64,000 bases of DNA, taken from positions 2,666,001 to 2,730,000 of the forward strand of contig NC_089429.1 of the NCBI RefSeq assembly GCF_026210795.1, in the 5' to 3' direction. The notes beneath the pieces are model-generated. The model was not told where the DNA came from. It saw nothing but the letters and a program-made list of their open reading frames with translations, and made no database searches. The translations under genes were made by a program, and so were the position numbers. Below, piece by piece: positions 13,401-25,406 of this stretch (positions are counted from its first letter, which is position 1; every line of letters begins with the position of its first letter). The DNA is from Rhizophagus irregularis. Taxonomy: Eukaryota.

Positions 13401-13689
13401 ACGAATTTGGAATCCGCATTCGTATGATAAAGGATTATGGGAATATGCAATAAACATCACTTCAACACTTAAACAATTTTCAAGGCCTAAAGGTTTGTCC
13501 AAATCTTCTTATTTACCTTACTCATCTTTACCACTTCTGACCTATGCTGATTCACGTGACTCCAGAACCGATTGGTTAAAAAACTCGATGCAATATGGAT
13601 TATCTTGGTTTAATCACATTTCGGTTTTTATGGGTCGTCTAACGGTGCTACTTAAAAACTGCTTTTGCAGGATGGAGTATCGATTTTAA
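7485..13689 (+). pseudogene. LINE-B ORF2: APE - RT - long linker - RNase H - Zn finger, disrupted
   Basis: Fragments 7485-8027, 8090-8640, 9219-9815, 10075-10884, 11002-12900 (FYTDGS, AEAAAI, YTDSQ, KVKAH) and 12910-13689 (CRSC...HLFLC). Confidence 0.93.
8644..9180. mobile_element. MITE, CACAGG family (CMC-like termini), inserted in LINE-B
   Basis: Long TIRs CACAGGTCAAAAAGTGAAAAATCAGGCA with ACCAATC/GATTGGT repeats; imperfect ~4-bp TSD CTAT/CTAA; absent from LINE-A. Confidence 0.9.
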
Positions 13690-14197
13690 TAGTGGGCGCG
13701 TCATTTGTTTTTTTGTTAGCATAGTTGCTTCTACTTTGGTTGGAATATATCAAGGGGAGAGATCTAGGAAGTGTTAGTATTAGCGAATTTTCTTTTGAAC
13801 TTTCTTTTAATTTTAATTTCTTTCTAGGAGACTATATAGCTTTGTTTTTAGTTAGTTTTTATTTTATTTTCTTTTTCTTATATGTAATTTTGTAAAGTTT
13901 GATAAATAATTAATAAAGATAAAGGCTGCTATGCCATGTTTGCCTAAAAGTCCATTATGACCTTTATATTAGATATCCAGGATCCTTCAGAGATCAAAGA
14001 AAAAGAATTCCAACTATTTTTTGCAGACAAAGCAAATGTAAACATGAGTTCTTACAAAATAGACGCAAAAACACAATTACCAATACTTTATTTGAAAGAT
14101 CAAAAAAGTGCTTTTTGGGAAAAATTTTCTGCTACTTATCCTGATGGGATGAAACGTACTTCTTTTATGTTCTGCTTACAAAATAGTTACTTCAAAT

Positions 14198-16582
14198 CAC
14201 TAGTCGGAATATTCCATTTCGTCCAAATTTCAAATTGATGAATGTTGAGCGAAAGTTGGTCTAAATTCAGCTGATCATTGCCAAAAAAATCATCAAAATT
14301 ATTATGGACGATTTGCACAGTTCACCTGCCACTTGTCAACAAATCGATCAGTAGAAATTGACAACAAATCAGTAAAATCAAATTGACGATTGTTAATAAA
14401 CCTAATAATTTATTACTGATTTTTGTACATTTAACTAATTACTGATTTTAATTTTATAATAATTTATTAATTAAATTTTATTAATTCGTTTATTAAAAAT
14501 TACATAAATTAATATCTATCTATCATCTATATACACCATCCACTGCCCACCATCCATCATCCATCATCCACCTAACCTGATAAAAGTCTGTAGAAAACCT
14601 ACAAAAAAAAGAGGAAACGGGTAGTAACCTATTTTTTAAATAAAAAAATTGAAGTTTCAAAAGAAACTTACCTGATCTAATAAAATCTGAAGAGAAACCT
14701 ACAAAAAAAAAGTAAAGAAACGGTTAGTTCGTTTCTTTAATAAAAAAAAATAAAGTTTCAAAAGATTTGAAACTTACCTGCCCATCCAATAAAGTCCGAA
14801 GGAGAAAATCTACAAAAAAAAGAAGAAACAATTAGTTTAATGTTTCTTTAATAAAAAAATTAAAGTTTCGAAAATTCGAAACTTACCCACAAATTCGATA
14901 ATAGAAACTAACAAATAAAAAAAAGAAACGGTTAGTTCGTTTCTTTAATAAAAAAAATAAAGTTTTGAAAAATTCAAAACTTACCCGCCCATCTAATACT
15001 CGCCCATCCAATAAAGTCCAAAGGGAAAATTTACAAAAAAAAAGAAGAAACAATTAGTTTAATATTTTTTCAATAAAAAAATTAAAGTTTCAAAAATTCG
15101 AAACTTATCTGCCCATCCAATAAAGTCCCAAGGGGAGAACCTACAAAAAAAGAAGAAACAATTAGTTTAACGTTTCTTCAATAAAAAAATTAAAGTTTTG
15201 AAAATTTGAAACTTACCCGCCCATCCAATAAAGTTCCAAGAAGGGGAAACCTACAAAAAAAAGAAGAAACAATCAGTTTAACATTTCTTAAATAAAAAAA
15301 ATTAAAGTTTTGATACTTCAAAACTTACCCGCCAATTTGATAATGGAAACCTACAAATAAAAAAAATAAAAAAATGGTTAGTCCATTTCTTTAATAATAA
15401 TAAAAAATAAAGTTTCAAAATACACTTCAAAACTTACCCGTCTATTCAATATTAGTCCGAAGAAGAACCTACAAAAAAAAATTAAGAAACGGTTAGCAAA
15501 CCGATTCTGTTATAAAAAAAATTTCAAAGTTTCAAAATCGAAACTTATCCGATCCATCAGCCTGAAATGGAAGCCTACAAAAGTAAAAAGAAATGATTAT
15601 TAGTAAATCATTTCTTTTAAAGTTTCGAAATTAACCCAACTTCAAAACTTACCATCGACCAACTCATGCCCTAAACTCTAATATCTATTATACTTCGAGA
15701 GCGAATAGAGGTGGACCAAAATGAAAAGGTGATAACAGGAATAATGCACCAAAAGCGGGTGGTGATGCACCAAAAAGAGGAGGTGATCTTGAACCTACAA
15801 AAAAAATGTTAGTAAACGTTTTGTTAAATAAAATTTTTTAAAAACATTTAACTCTCCTACTAAAGTTCCCACGTGTCTAAAAGAGGTGATCTTGAACCTA
15901 CAAAAAAAAAGAATAAAACGTTAGCAAACATTTTGTTAAATAAAATTTTTAAAAAACATCTAACTCTCCTACTAAAGTTTCTATGCGTTTAAAAGAGGTG
16001 ATCTTAAATCTACAAAAAAAAGAATGAAAACGTTAGCAAACATTTCGTTAAATAAAATTTTTTTAAAAAATCTAACTCTCCTACCGAAGTTTCCACACAT
16101 CTAAAAGCTGAATAACTAAAAAAAAAAATTTGAAATTAGTTTATTAAGGCAAAAACAAAAGAAATAAAAAAAATTAAAAACTTACCAAAATACTGTATCC
16201 AAAGAGTCGAGGCATCACCTAAAAGAAGAAAGAGGGAATGGACGAAAGAAAGGGAAAAGGGAAAGACAAAAAAGTGAGAGGAAAGGGAGATGAAAAAGTG
16301 AATAGAAAGGGGGGAAGACAAAAAAGTGACGAATAGGGTGAGTGGAAAAGTAAAATGAAAAAGTGGAAGTGTGAGAAAAAAAAAAGTTAATTTAAGTTAA
16401 ATATAGTATCACCTATTGTGTAATGCACGTGATACATAATTTTATAAAATATCGACTAAAAAGTTATTGGTCAATTTTTTTTCAATTTTTAAGTTTAGCC
16501 AAAATCTAGTCGAATCATGTGACACTTCAGACGAAATTTTGCTGAAAGGTCTTGGTGACGAAAGAAATGATTTTGACCAGTA
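14198..16582 (-). mobile_element. Non-autonomous CACTA-like element carrying an intron/micro-exon tandem array
   Basis: Imperfect TIR CACTAGTCGGAATATTCCATTTCGTC / GACGAAAGAAATGATTTTGACCAGTA; no TSD found; host coding sequence resumes right after it. Confidence 0.6.
14575..16190 (-). repeat. Tandem ~105-125-bp units, each a canonical short intron plus a micro-exon (minus strand)
   Basis: Recurrent + strand AAACTTAC (donor GTAAGTTT), GTTAG (branch CTAAC) and CTACAAAAAAA (acceptor T-tract GTAG). About 10 units, plus 3 units of a second type at 15775-16100. Confidence 0.8.
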
Positions 16583-18346
16583 GCGAAAACAACAGTTGAT
16601 TCGCATCACGCAACGGTAAATAATTATTTTGATGTAATTTTAATTTTTTTTCTCATTTTATGTTAATCAATTATAGATTACACATGTGATCAAAAGATAT
16701 GTTAGAATTGGATGTGATCTTACTGAAGGCGAAAATATTGAAATGGCACTTCAAGATCTAAACGGGATATCAGTATCACATATAGAATCAAATCGGGATA
16801 TAGAAACATTAGTTGATCAAGAAAATTTAGATTAAGAAAATTTGAGGTAAATTTATTTTCAATTATCTCAATAAAATAAAGATATAATCGAAAATAAAAT
16901 GATAGATCTATAATTTTATAATAGATCAAGAGTGTAAATTTATTGTGAAATCTTATTTGTAATAAAAAATAATAACATGTAGTAAAACTATTTATAATTG
17001 AAAATACAATAAATAGAACACTAAAACTAAAATTACTGGTAAAATAAAAATAAAAAATAAATCATTAGGTTTATAATTTTATATTAAATCAAAAGTGTAA
17101 TTTATTTTGATTTTATTTATAAACAAAAAAAAAATACAACTATACTGGTAAAATTATTTATAATTGATGAAAATACAATAAATAGAATCCTGAAATAAAA
17201 AATTACCGGTAAAACTAAATAAAAAATATTGTTCATAAATAATGGAGCGTAATAAAAATGATAGAACGCTAGCAAAAAAAAAAATAATATCAATTATAAA
17301 ATTACATAATAGGGATAATCAAAAACCAAAAAATACCAAAAATATCAAAGAAAAAAAATCTAAAATTATATCCAGCATTTCAAAGTGATTTGGGTGGAGT
17401 TGGCCTGTAGCAGGTTAATTTGCTGAATGCGTTTATGCATGCTCTCTTTCACATATTGGCAAATGGATCGATTTCTCTCCTGCACAAATTGCTAACCTTT
17501 GTGGTACAGTTTACAGACCCTTCCCAACAGTTTCAGAGCCAACTGAGCCAAATACTCCTTGGATAATGCCGAATCCTAGTATAAAAACAGGTTGTATAAT
17601 TATTTATTGCTGCAAATTTGAAATCATGGAAAACTAAATAATTACCTGTAATTATTTATAAGATTCAGAGTTTCCAATAAATGAGGTGGTAAATGAAATC
17701 GTTGAGAGCTAAGCTATAAGGTAATATCAACATGAATTTTCATTTTATTTTATACTTAGCAAAATACTAATACTAAGTAACTAAATCTTTAGCCTTGAAC
17801 AAGAATTTTCTCTTAAAAAAGGATGGGCCTTGAAGGAAAATCTAAAGCTTAGTAATAAAGGTGGAGGTAAACGTATATCAAAAAATGTTGTTCAGTATTT
17901 ACAAGGTTATTTTTGGCTGGAAATCTGAGAGCTACGGATTGCTATTCACCAGAAAATATGTACACCTGTTTAGAAGAATTGGCTGCAAAGGGAGAACTTA
18001 CCTTGGAAGAAATACCAATAGTAAAAACCATCAAAGGATGGATAGGAAGGCATATAGTGCTATTTTCAAAAAGGAAGCATCAGAGAAGACGCTGATTGAA
18101 AATATGAAAAGTAATCAAAGTGGAGCAGTTGTGAAAAGTAGTATTAAACCCAATAACCGCCAAAAAAAGGTTAAAAACTTATAGAGAGTGTTTTGTTAGA
18201 GTAGAAATTAGCGGACTATATCAATAAAACTATTATGAAATCTTCCTTTCCCTTATATAAAACTTCGTAAACTGCAATATAATAAACAGTTTTTTTTTTA
18301 CAATTTGCTTTTTAAAGATCCTCATCACACAATTGTAATAGTAAAT

Positions 18347-18636
18347 TAGTGTTTGGAATCATATAACAGTTATTTGAATAACTCGAGTATATTCGAGTAT
18401 TCGAATAAGCATAATGGTTATTTGAGTATTCATTTAGCCAGTTATAGTATAGTTAAAATTCTAATTGGGCATTAAATCCTTAAATTTAACTGAGTTAAAA
18501 TCATAATTCATGGCCAAAAATTATGTAAATCATTACTATAAAAGGAAATTTAACTTATTTGAATATTATTCGAATACACTTTATAAATTTAAATGAATAC
18601 TCGAGTATATTTGAATATATTCGATTTCAAACACTA
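18347..18636. mobile_element. hAT-type MITE (second copy at 48337-48625)
   Basis: TIR TAGTGTTTGGAATC...GATTTCAAACACTA; perfect 8-bp TSD TAGTAAAT. Confidence 0.93.
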
Positions 18637-19649
18637 TAGTAAATTACGCAATCTTATAACAAATAATTGGTGATTTATTTAATACAAAATGATCATCAAC
18701 ATTATTATATATAAAAATTGCATCACATTTTATTATAGAAACTCTATTGATCACATGCAGATCGGCAATTAATACTTATTAAATATTGCTATTCAATAAA
18801 CATACGGTTTCAGTTGGTCTAACATCTACCTAATTTTAAGCAATTATTGATTTTTTTGCGATTTTTTCAAATTTTTCAGTTTTCTAAGTTAAATAACTCT
18901 GCGAAAATAAATTTTGATGCTTTAAAATGATCTGTGCCGCCCCTAAATCACATATTCTGAATGTGTACTACAAAGTGTTTATTTTTAGATTATTAAGTAA
19001 AATCAGATTTTTAATTAGTCTATTGTTCACATGTGGATTAGCAATTAAGTACTTGGGCAAAAAACAAATACATTAAAAGTATATTTTAAAAGTATTTTAG
19101 ATACATTTTAGGTATATTATAAGTATATCGTGAATTAAAATTGATACTTATTTTAAGTATATTTTAATAAAATTTTAAGTAAATTTTAAGTATAAAAACT
19201 TTTCATAGGGATTATATTAATTTTATATACAATAATATATACTACTATTACCATAATATCAATATTACCATCATAATAATCTAATCCAATTCTTCACGAT
19301 CAATGATATTCATTTTCTCAAAGAAATTATTCATTCACTCTATGACTTCGCTTGGAATCATATTAATACCCTTTGAAGGATCCAAATAATTTAAAGCAAC
19401 TGTCATACTGAAAGCTATGGAATTTTTTTCTGTATTTGAACTAGTAAATACATGATCAATGATTGAATTAAGATAGGTATAATGTGGATCATTATTAGAT
19501 CAATTGGTTAATTCAATTTTTTATACCAATCACGGGTTATTTTTGAATCTTTAAACTTCTTCTCTGCTTCACGTGTAACTTGATGATTTTTGGTCTTAGA
19601 CTTCTCAAGATCCATAAATTCAGCATGAAGCCATGAACAGCATCCTTAA

Positions 19650-21574
19650 CAATGATTTCTGATTTAAAATCAAAAGGGGGTTAATGTTGGTGCCATTGTA
19701 ACAGATAGTGCAAGTGCATATACTGCAGCTAGGTAGATATTTTTATTCTATTTGATATTTAATACAATTAATATAATAATAATATGACTATTTAAACCTT
19801 AGGCAAAGATTAAGAATTTCAAATAGAACAATAGTTTTTTTACTTTGCTTTGCCCATCAGATTAATCTCTGTGTAGATGAAATCTTTAAAGAATCAACTG
19901 AGTTAAAAGTAGCATTGAATAATGCGATTAGACTTACAACTTACTTTAGAAATCCTAATCATAAATTTTTTGTAGCAAAATTACACGAACATAAAAAATT
20001 ACTTATGATGGTAAAATCTATACACTAGCAGTTTCAGAAAAACCCCAGTGGAACAGTTATTACGAAGTATGTTCAAGTCTTTTGAGAACTTAACAAGCGT
20101 TACAGGTAAATTTACCAACATACTGTTAAATTCATTATTAATTATATTAAATTTTAATTAATTTATTAAAATTTGATAATTTTAGATACTTGCAATTAAT
20201 TTTAAACCACTTTTTAGTCAAGTTTGACGGCAAGCAGGAGAAACTCCAACTATTTCATGTGAAATATTTGAGATTATTGATTCTGAATCATTTTGGATGA
20301 ATATACATTTAATTGTAAAAATATTATATCTATATTGCAAAATACTAGATATTCTTTAAAAGGATAAAGCGCGTTTATTTCAAGTTATATACTGTTTTGC
20401 ATACCTTTTTTAATTTTAGAATGATTATATGAATATTCAACTTGCTACACAAATTCAAGTACAATTAGAAAAAAGATGGAGTGATTGGAAACAGCCACTA
20501 CTTTTATTATCATGTTTACTACATCCTGAATATTGAATAGAACAATTCAAAAATAATGTAAATATCAATTATACTACTTTTGGTAAATGGCAAAAAAAAT
20601 CTACCTGTATTTTATGTGAATTTGATAATTTTCATTTGGACAAATATCTGTTTAATGATGATACATATGGGGTTTTTGCAATAGAAAGGTACAAAACTCA
20701 AAAAAAATTTTAATTTTACTTTATATGCTAATTATGTTTTTTTTTACTGAAATAAATGCAAATTTAATATTAATTTAATTTTTAATTTTTTTTGAGTTTC
20801 GTACCTTTCTATTGTAAAGACCCATATAAACAATTTAATAATGATATCTGTATTTTGCGAGAGTATCTACAAATGAATTAGGATTAGCTGCTTGCACATT
20901 ATTTGGTATTTATGTAAATGCTGCTTCTGTTGAATGTTTATGGAGTTGTATGGGTTTTTTGCAAACTAATTGTCAAAATTGTTTAAAGTTATTTAATTTT
21001 TTATTTTATAAATAATATAAACAAATATTAAATTAATATGTAAATTTTTTTTTAGTCATCAAAAGTTCTTAATATGAGTAAATTAAGAGCGGATATAACA
21101 TGGAAACATCATATAAATTCTGATTCTTCAATTTTAACTTCATTAAGTATTATTATAACTTGTAATGAAGAGGAAAATAATAATGAAAAAGAAGTTGAAG
21201 AAAATCTAGTAATTATTAAAGAAGAAGAAGAAGAAGAAGAAGATTTAGAAAAAAAATTTAATAATTATTTGCAAGGATGGTCAGAAATGTTAGAAGAAGA
21301 AACTTATGAATTTGAAGAAAATGAAAATGAAAATGATATAATGCATATAACAGTTGATGATATTCTTCATCCTGCAATTGATCCTAATGCTAAATGGAAT
21401 TTGAATTCATTTTTTAAAGAATTAGAATTTCTTTTTTAATAATAATTTTATAAATTGTAAATAAATAAATAAATATTATAAGATCATGTGATATAAATGT
21501 CCCAATGTTCTGAAAATTAAAAAATTTTTGTTTATGTCCATGGACTGTCCTGCCCTGTCCCTATGACAACACTG
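19650..21574 (+). pseudogene. 5'-truncated hAT transposon: transposase pseudogene plus right TIR
   Basis: VTDSASAY, CFAHQINL (CxxH), TQWNS and VNAASVECLWS (dimerisation domain); acidic tail ORF 21074-21439; ends GTCCCTATGACAACACTG. Confidence 0.88.
20668..20824. mobile_element. Small palindromic MITE within the hAT remnant
   Basis: TGGGGTTTTTGCAATAGAAAGGTAC...GTACCTTTCTATTGTAAAGACCCA; TA or ATAT duplication; removing it restores the peptide DDTYKQF. Confidence 0.8.
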
Positions 21575-21728
21575 GATAAGATAATAGTTAAGTTGCACAT
21601 TTGCACTCAAATAAACAAAGATTTAGCTTGTATTAATTTCTTTTATTAAATGTATTTCTTTTAAATTTATTACAAAGTTTTTACATATAAATTATAATAA
21701 AAATTTCATTTCTGCGCATTAAGAAATA

Positions 21729-21930
21729 TTTACTATAGTAATACCACCAATTTTATAATTAAAATTTCACCCCCTACGTGATCAGTGACAGTTAAGGGGT
21801 TGTGAAAAAAATAATTTTAGAAGGCAAAAAAAAAACTAAGTCTTTCAGATAAATATAAATAGTGAAAACGTGGTGGAGTGTGATGCCGGTGATGAATATT
21901 ATTAGGTCACGTAAGGTGAAAAATTTAGTG
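21729..21930. repeat. Left arm of a foldback-like repeat hosting the P element
   Basis: Inverted copy of the unit at about 28617-28815. Confidence 0.8.
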
Positions 21931-21939
21931 ATATTACCT

Positions 21940-22048
21940 CACAGGTCGAAAAGTGAAAAATCAGGCATCAATCAGTCACCAATCAGATAGCTGATTGGTG
22001 ACTGATTAGTGACTAATTGATGCCTGATTTTTCACTTTTCGACCTGTG
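21940..22048. mobile_element. 109-bp internally deleted CACAGG MITE at the tip of the P-element TIR
   Basis: CACAGGTCGAAAAGTG...CACTTTTCGACCTGTG; TSD ACCT/GCCT. Confidence 0.9.
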
Positions 22049-24555
22049 GCCTAGAGGTTAGATAAATAAACAGGGGCTAATTCATAGGTTACACAGACTG
22101 ATCAATCCCTGATAAAGCTGAAGCCACATAAATTGGTTACACAAATTCATTCTCCATATTAAATATCGTAAAAATTTTAAATTTTTTTTAATTTTTTTAA
22201 TACATATACATAAAAAAGCTGCTGATTTTAAAAGTTAAGACCATTTAGATTAGCTCTACATGTTCGAAGTGACTTTATTCAAATTGGGCTATTGTAGCTT
22301 TCTACAGGTTGTCTTTTACTGCTGAATTATACGAATTAATACATCGTTTCATACATCATATTAATTAACGTTTGTAAAAACTTTTGAAGACTTTATTTAT
22401 TATGAAAACTTTAGTTTCAAAAGTACTTTAAATCTAATTTTTAACTCACTTTTCTACAAAAATTTGTCCTTTTGATATAGCTTCTTCAGAGAAAGGAGTT
22501 TCTTTTTTAAGATAATCTAAAATTAAAGGTATTAAACCTTTTTTTCTCTTGCATTTTATATTATCTCCAAACACTCAAAGTAACCATTATAGTTCGTTTA
22601 TTGAAAACATTTTTAAAAATTCTTCTTTAGCACAATCAAATTGCGCCTAAATCTGAAGTTGTACCAGTCCAAGCGTAGGATTTGTTGGAATATTAGACTT
22701 TTTCATTAAAGTATGTTTGTTGTTTTCAATTTTGGTTGAATGCTGAATATCTTTACGCATAGCTTTAAGGTTTTCTCTGAGGCTTAAAGTACTTTTTTCA
22801 GAAATAAACTCATTGAATTTTCGCCAGGATTTTTACTTACTCCTCATGTAAATAGAAACGATTCTTTCGTAAAGGAAATTTGTATCTTTTAATTTATTCA
22901 TAGAAAGCATCTGGCTGGAAATATTGAGAAGTGTATTAAAAGCTTCTAACAATGATATATTGCATAATAAGCTATTATGTATATATTGAAGAATATTAGG
23001 GCCAAATTCTTTATGTTTTTCAAATAATAGTAAGACTAATGACTTCATTTTATACATAAATTCTAGAAACTCTTGGCCTGAAATCACATTTGTTGTTTGA
23101 GATTGAATATCCTCTTCATATACAACTTGTTCTGAGTTTAGAATCATAAGGTAAATGTTAATGGCTTCAAATTCAGAGTGCGATTTTGTTATATTATCAC
23201 TTTTAGTTAATTTATAAATAATCCATCCAACAATGTAGGAAAATTTTGACGCTTCTGCTGGTTCCAAAACAATAGTTTTTTCAGGTATCAAATGTGGATC
23301 AGCTGAAAGATGAATTTGTAAGCTATTTGGCATTGTTTTTTCACTGAATGTAAATTTGATTACTTCTTGTAAAAGGAAGTATGCAACAAGCCTTTGGGTA
23401 AAAGAACCATTTAAATTAGTTGCAGTGAGGAAGTCTTGATACTAAATTCCTGAACATTTGAAATTGTTGAGGTTATTTTCAAAGTGAGCGTGCCAATTAG
23501 CCAGCCATTGAACTCCTATTTTTTTCAGAATTGCTTTCTGAGCTATTTTTTTAATAATATTTTGCCATTTTTGTAGCAATTCGTCAATTGAATTCTTGTA
23601 AAGAATAGTTTTTATAAGACTGCATCGTTCATTCTGAAGATGAATTATTTTAAAGTTATCCTGATCAACATTTTTATTATATGATTCTAATGGAATTTTA
23701 ACTTTTCCCATAATTAAATTATCTGCAAATATGTTTTTAAAAACACTTTAAAAAAGGGAGGATAATTGCTCTAAGCGAGTAAAATGCTTTTGATGCATAT
23801 AATTGTCATCTTGAATATTTATGGTTTTTTTATCTTTTCGATAATCTCTAATTTAAATAAAAATTTTTTATTACATTTAAATAATATTATTCAAAATATA
23901 TACCTTCTTATTAAAGTAGTAATACCAGTTCCAGTACTATCTTTTCCATAATTAAAACTTTTAACTTCAAATGAAACTAGTGCTGTTATTTGATATTTAT
24001 TTAGGGCATATCCATAAGATTTAAGTGTGTGTGTGGAAGAATCTACACCAAATTCATGAATTACACCAAAAAGTCCTTCAAGTATATCTTGTGAAATACG
24101 TTTTGGTTGAACTATTGAACCTGGATAATTACTTAAAAGATATTTAAGTATTCTAAGAAAGCCATTGATAGATAAAATCAAGTCAAACTGACATTGTGAT
24201 GAAATCCACCCCTTAGATTCTGTTTTTTGTTTATTATCATAAACAAACCAATTCTGAATTTCTTTTAAAGTATTAATACGTGAATCTTCTAATGACCAGA
24301 AATTAATTTTACTATGCATTATTTGACGATATTTTTGTGAATATTTAATGAAATTCTTTATAAAAAATTAAGATTATTATATTATTTGTTTTGTTTAAAG
24401 AAAAATATAATTTATTTTAAAAATTACTTACTCTTGTTTCTTCTGATATTTTTTTAAAACTTTCAATAGATGCCAATGCATCTTCAACTTCTTTTAATAA
24501 TGTATATTCAGCTAAATCAACACGCATTTTACTCCATAAAATAAGCCATATATGA

Positions 24556-24854
24556 CAGGACCCCGGATATCTAATATAAAGGTCATAATGGACTTTTGGC
24601 CAAAAACACCCCTTTTTGCTGAAACTCAAAAAATCGTTTTTTGTAAATATCTCAGCATCCAGTAATTCAATTTTAATGAACTTTTTTTTATTTTGTAGCC
24701 CTCATTTAGCTCTACAATTTAAAAAAAAGTTCATCAAAATTGGACCACTGGATGCCGAGATATTTACAAAAAACGATTTTTTAAGCCCCTGAAAAATGGG
24801 CCAATCTGCCGAAAGTGTGACTTATGACCTGTTTTGGAGATATCCGGGGTCCTT
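24556..24854. mobile_element. CAGG family 1 MITE (opposite orientation to 97-396)
   Basis: Near-identical to 97-396; 6-bp TSD ATATGA. Confidence 0.95.
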
Positions 24855-25036
24855 ATATGACGTTTTGTAAGTTTAGTAGCTTTTGCTGTTGCATGCTGAT
24901 TTGTATGTTTATATACACCTTTTATATGTTTCCAACTAATCTCTTTCCCATTTAACATTATTTCCCTAGAATTCTTTTTGCCTGTATGACTTTTTGATAG
25001 ATTATTTCTATGTTTTTTAAAAACATGTGTTGGAAC

Positions 25037-25406
25037 TAGAGATGCTGGGCGAACCGAAATATTTAGTCATTTGACGAAACTGAAATAGTTTAGACATTTA
25101 AAATTAAAAGACGAAATGTCGAAATTCAATATTCCATGGTATTTCTATGGATTTTTTATAAATTTCCATGGATTTTTAATTATAATAATTATTTAAAAAA
25201 ATAAATTTTTATTAAAATATAATATTTTTTAAAAAGAATTTATAAAACTAATTAATTTTATATATTTTTATAATAAAACTATAATTTTATATAATTAAAA
25301 TTAAAATTAAAAATTATTATTATATAGTTTAGTCAATGACGAAACTGAAACTAGTTGGTGACGAAACTGAAATTTTTTGCAAAAAGAGTTTAGGCAGGCA
25401 TCACTA
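25037..25406. mobile_element. hAT-type MITE splitting the DxxH motif of the P transposase
   Basis: TIR TAGAGATGC/GCATCACTA; 8-bp TSD GTTGGAAC/GTTGGATC. Confidence 0.85.

Larger units (their letters stand above)
5178..13945 (+). mobile_element. LINE copy B, full length (about 8.2 kb plus a MITE), 12-bp TSD, decayed
   Basis: TSD AAAAGTCCATTA at 5166-5177 and 13946-13957; ORF1 and ORF2 with APE, RT (GIDQGEVISPLLW, FMDD), RNase H and C-terminal CxxC-H-C; AATAAA near the 3' end. Confidence 0.96.
13988..18110 (+). pseudogene. Fragmented, intron-containing transposase-like gene of unassigned family; host of the MITE-LINE composite
   Basis: Coding-like pieces at 13988-14190, 16583-16800 (AKTTVDSHHA / HVIKRYVRIGCD) and 17370-18100 (GWALK...GGGKR...TIKGWIGR); multiple stops. 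Confidence 0.5.

Noticed and set aside
14575..16190. CRISPR-like repeat-spacer array
   Set aside because: Eukaryotic context, the variable segments are homologous to each other, and there are no cas genes.
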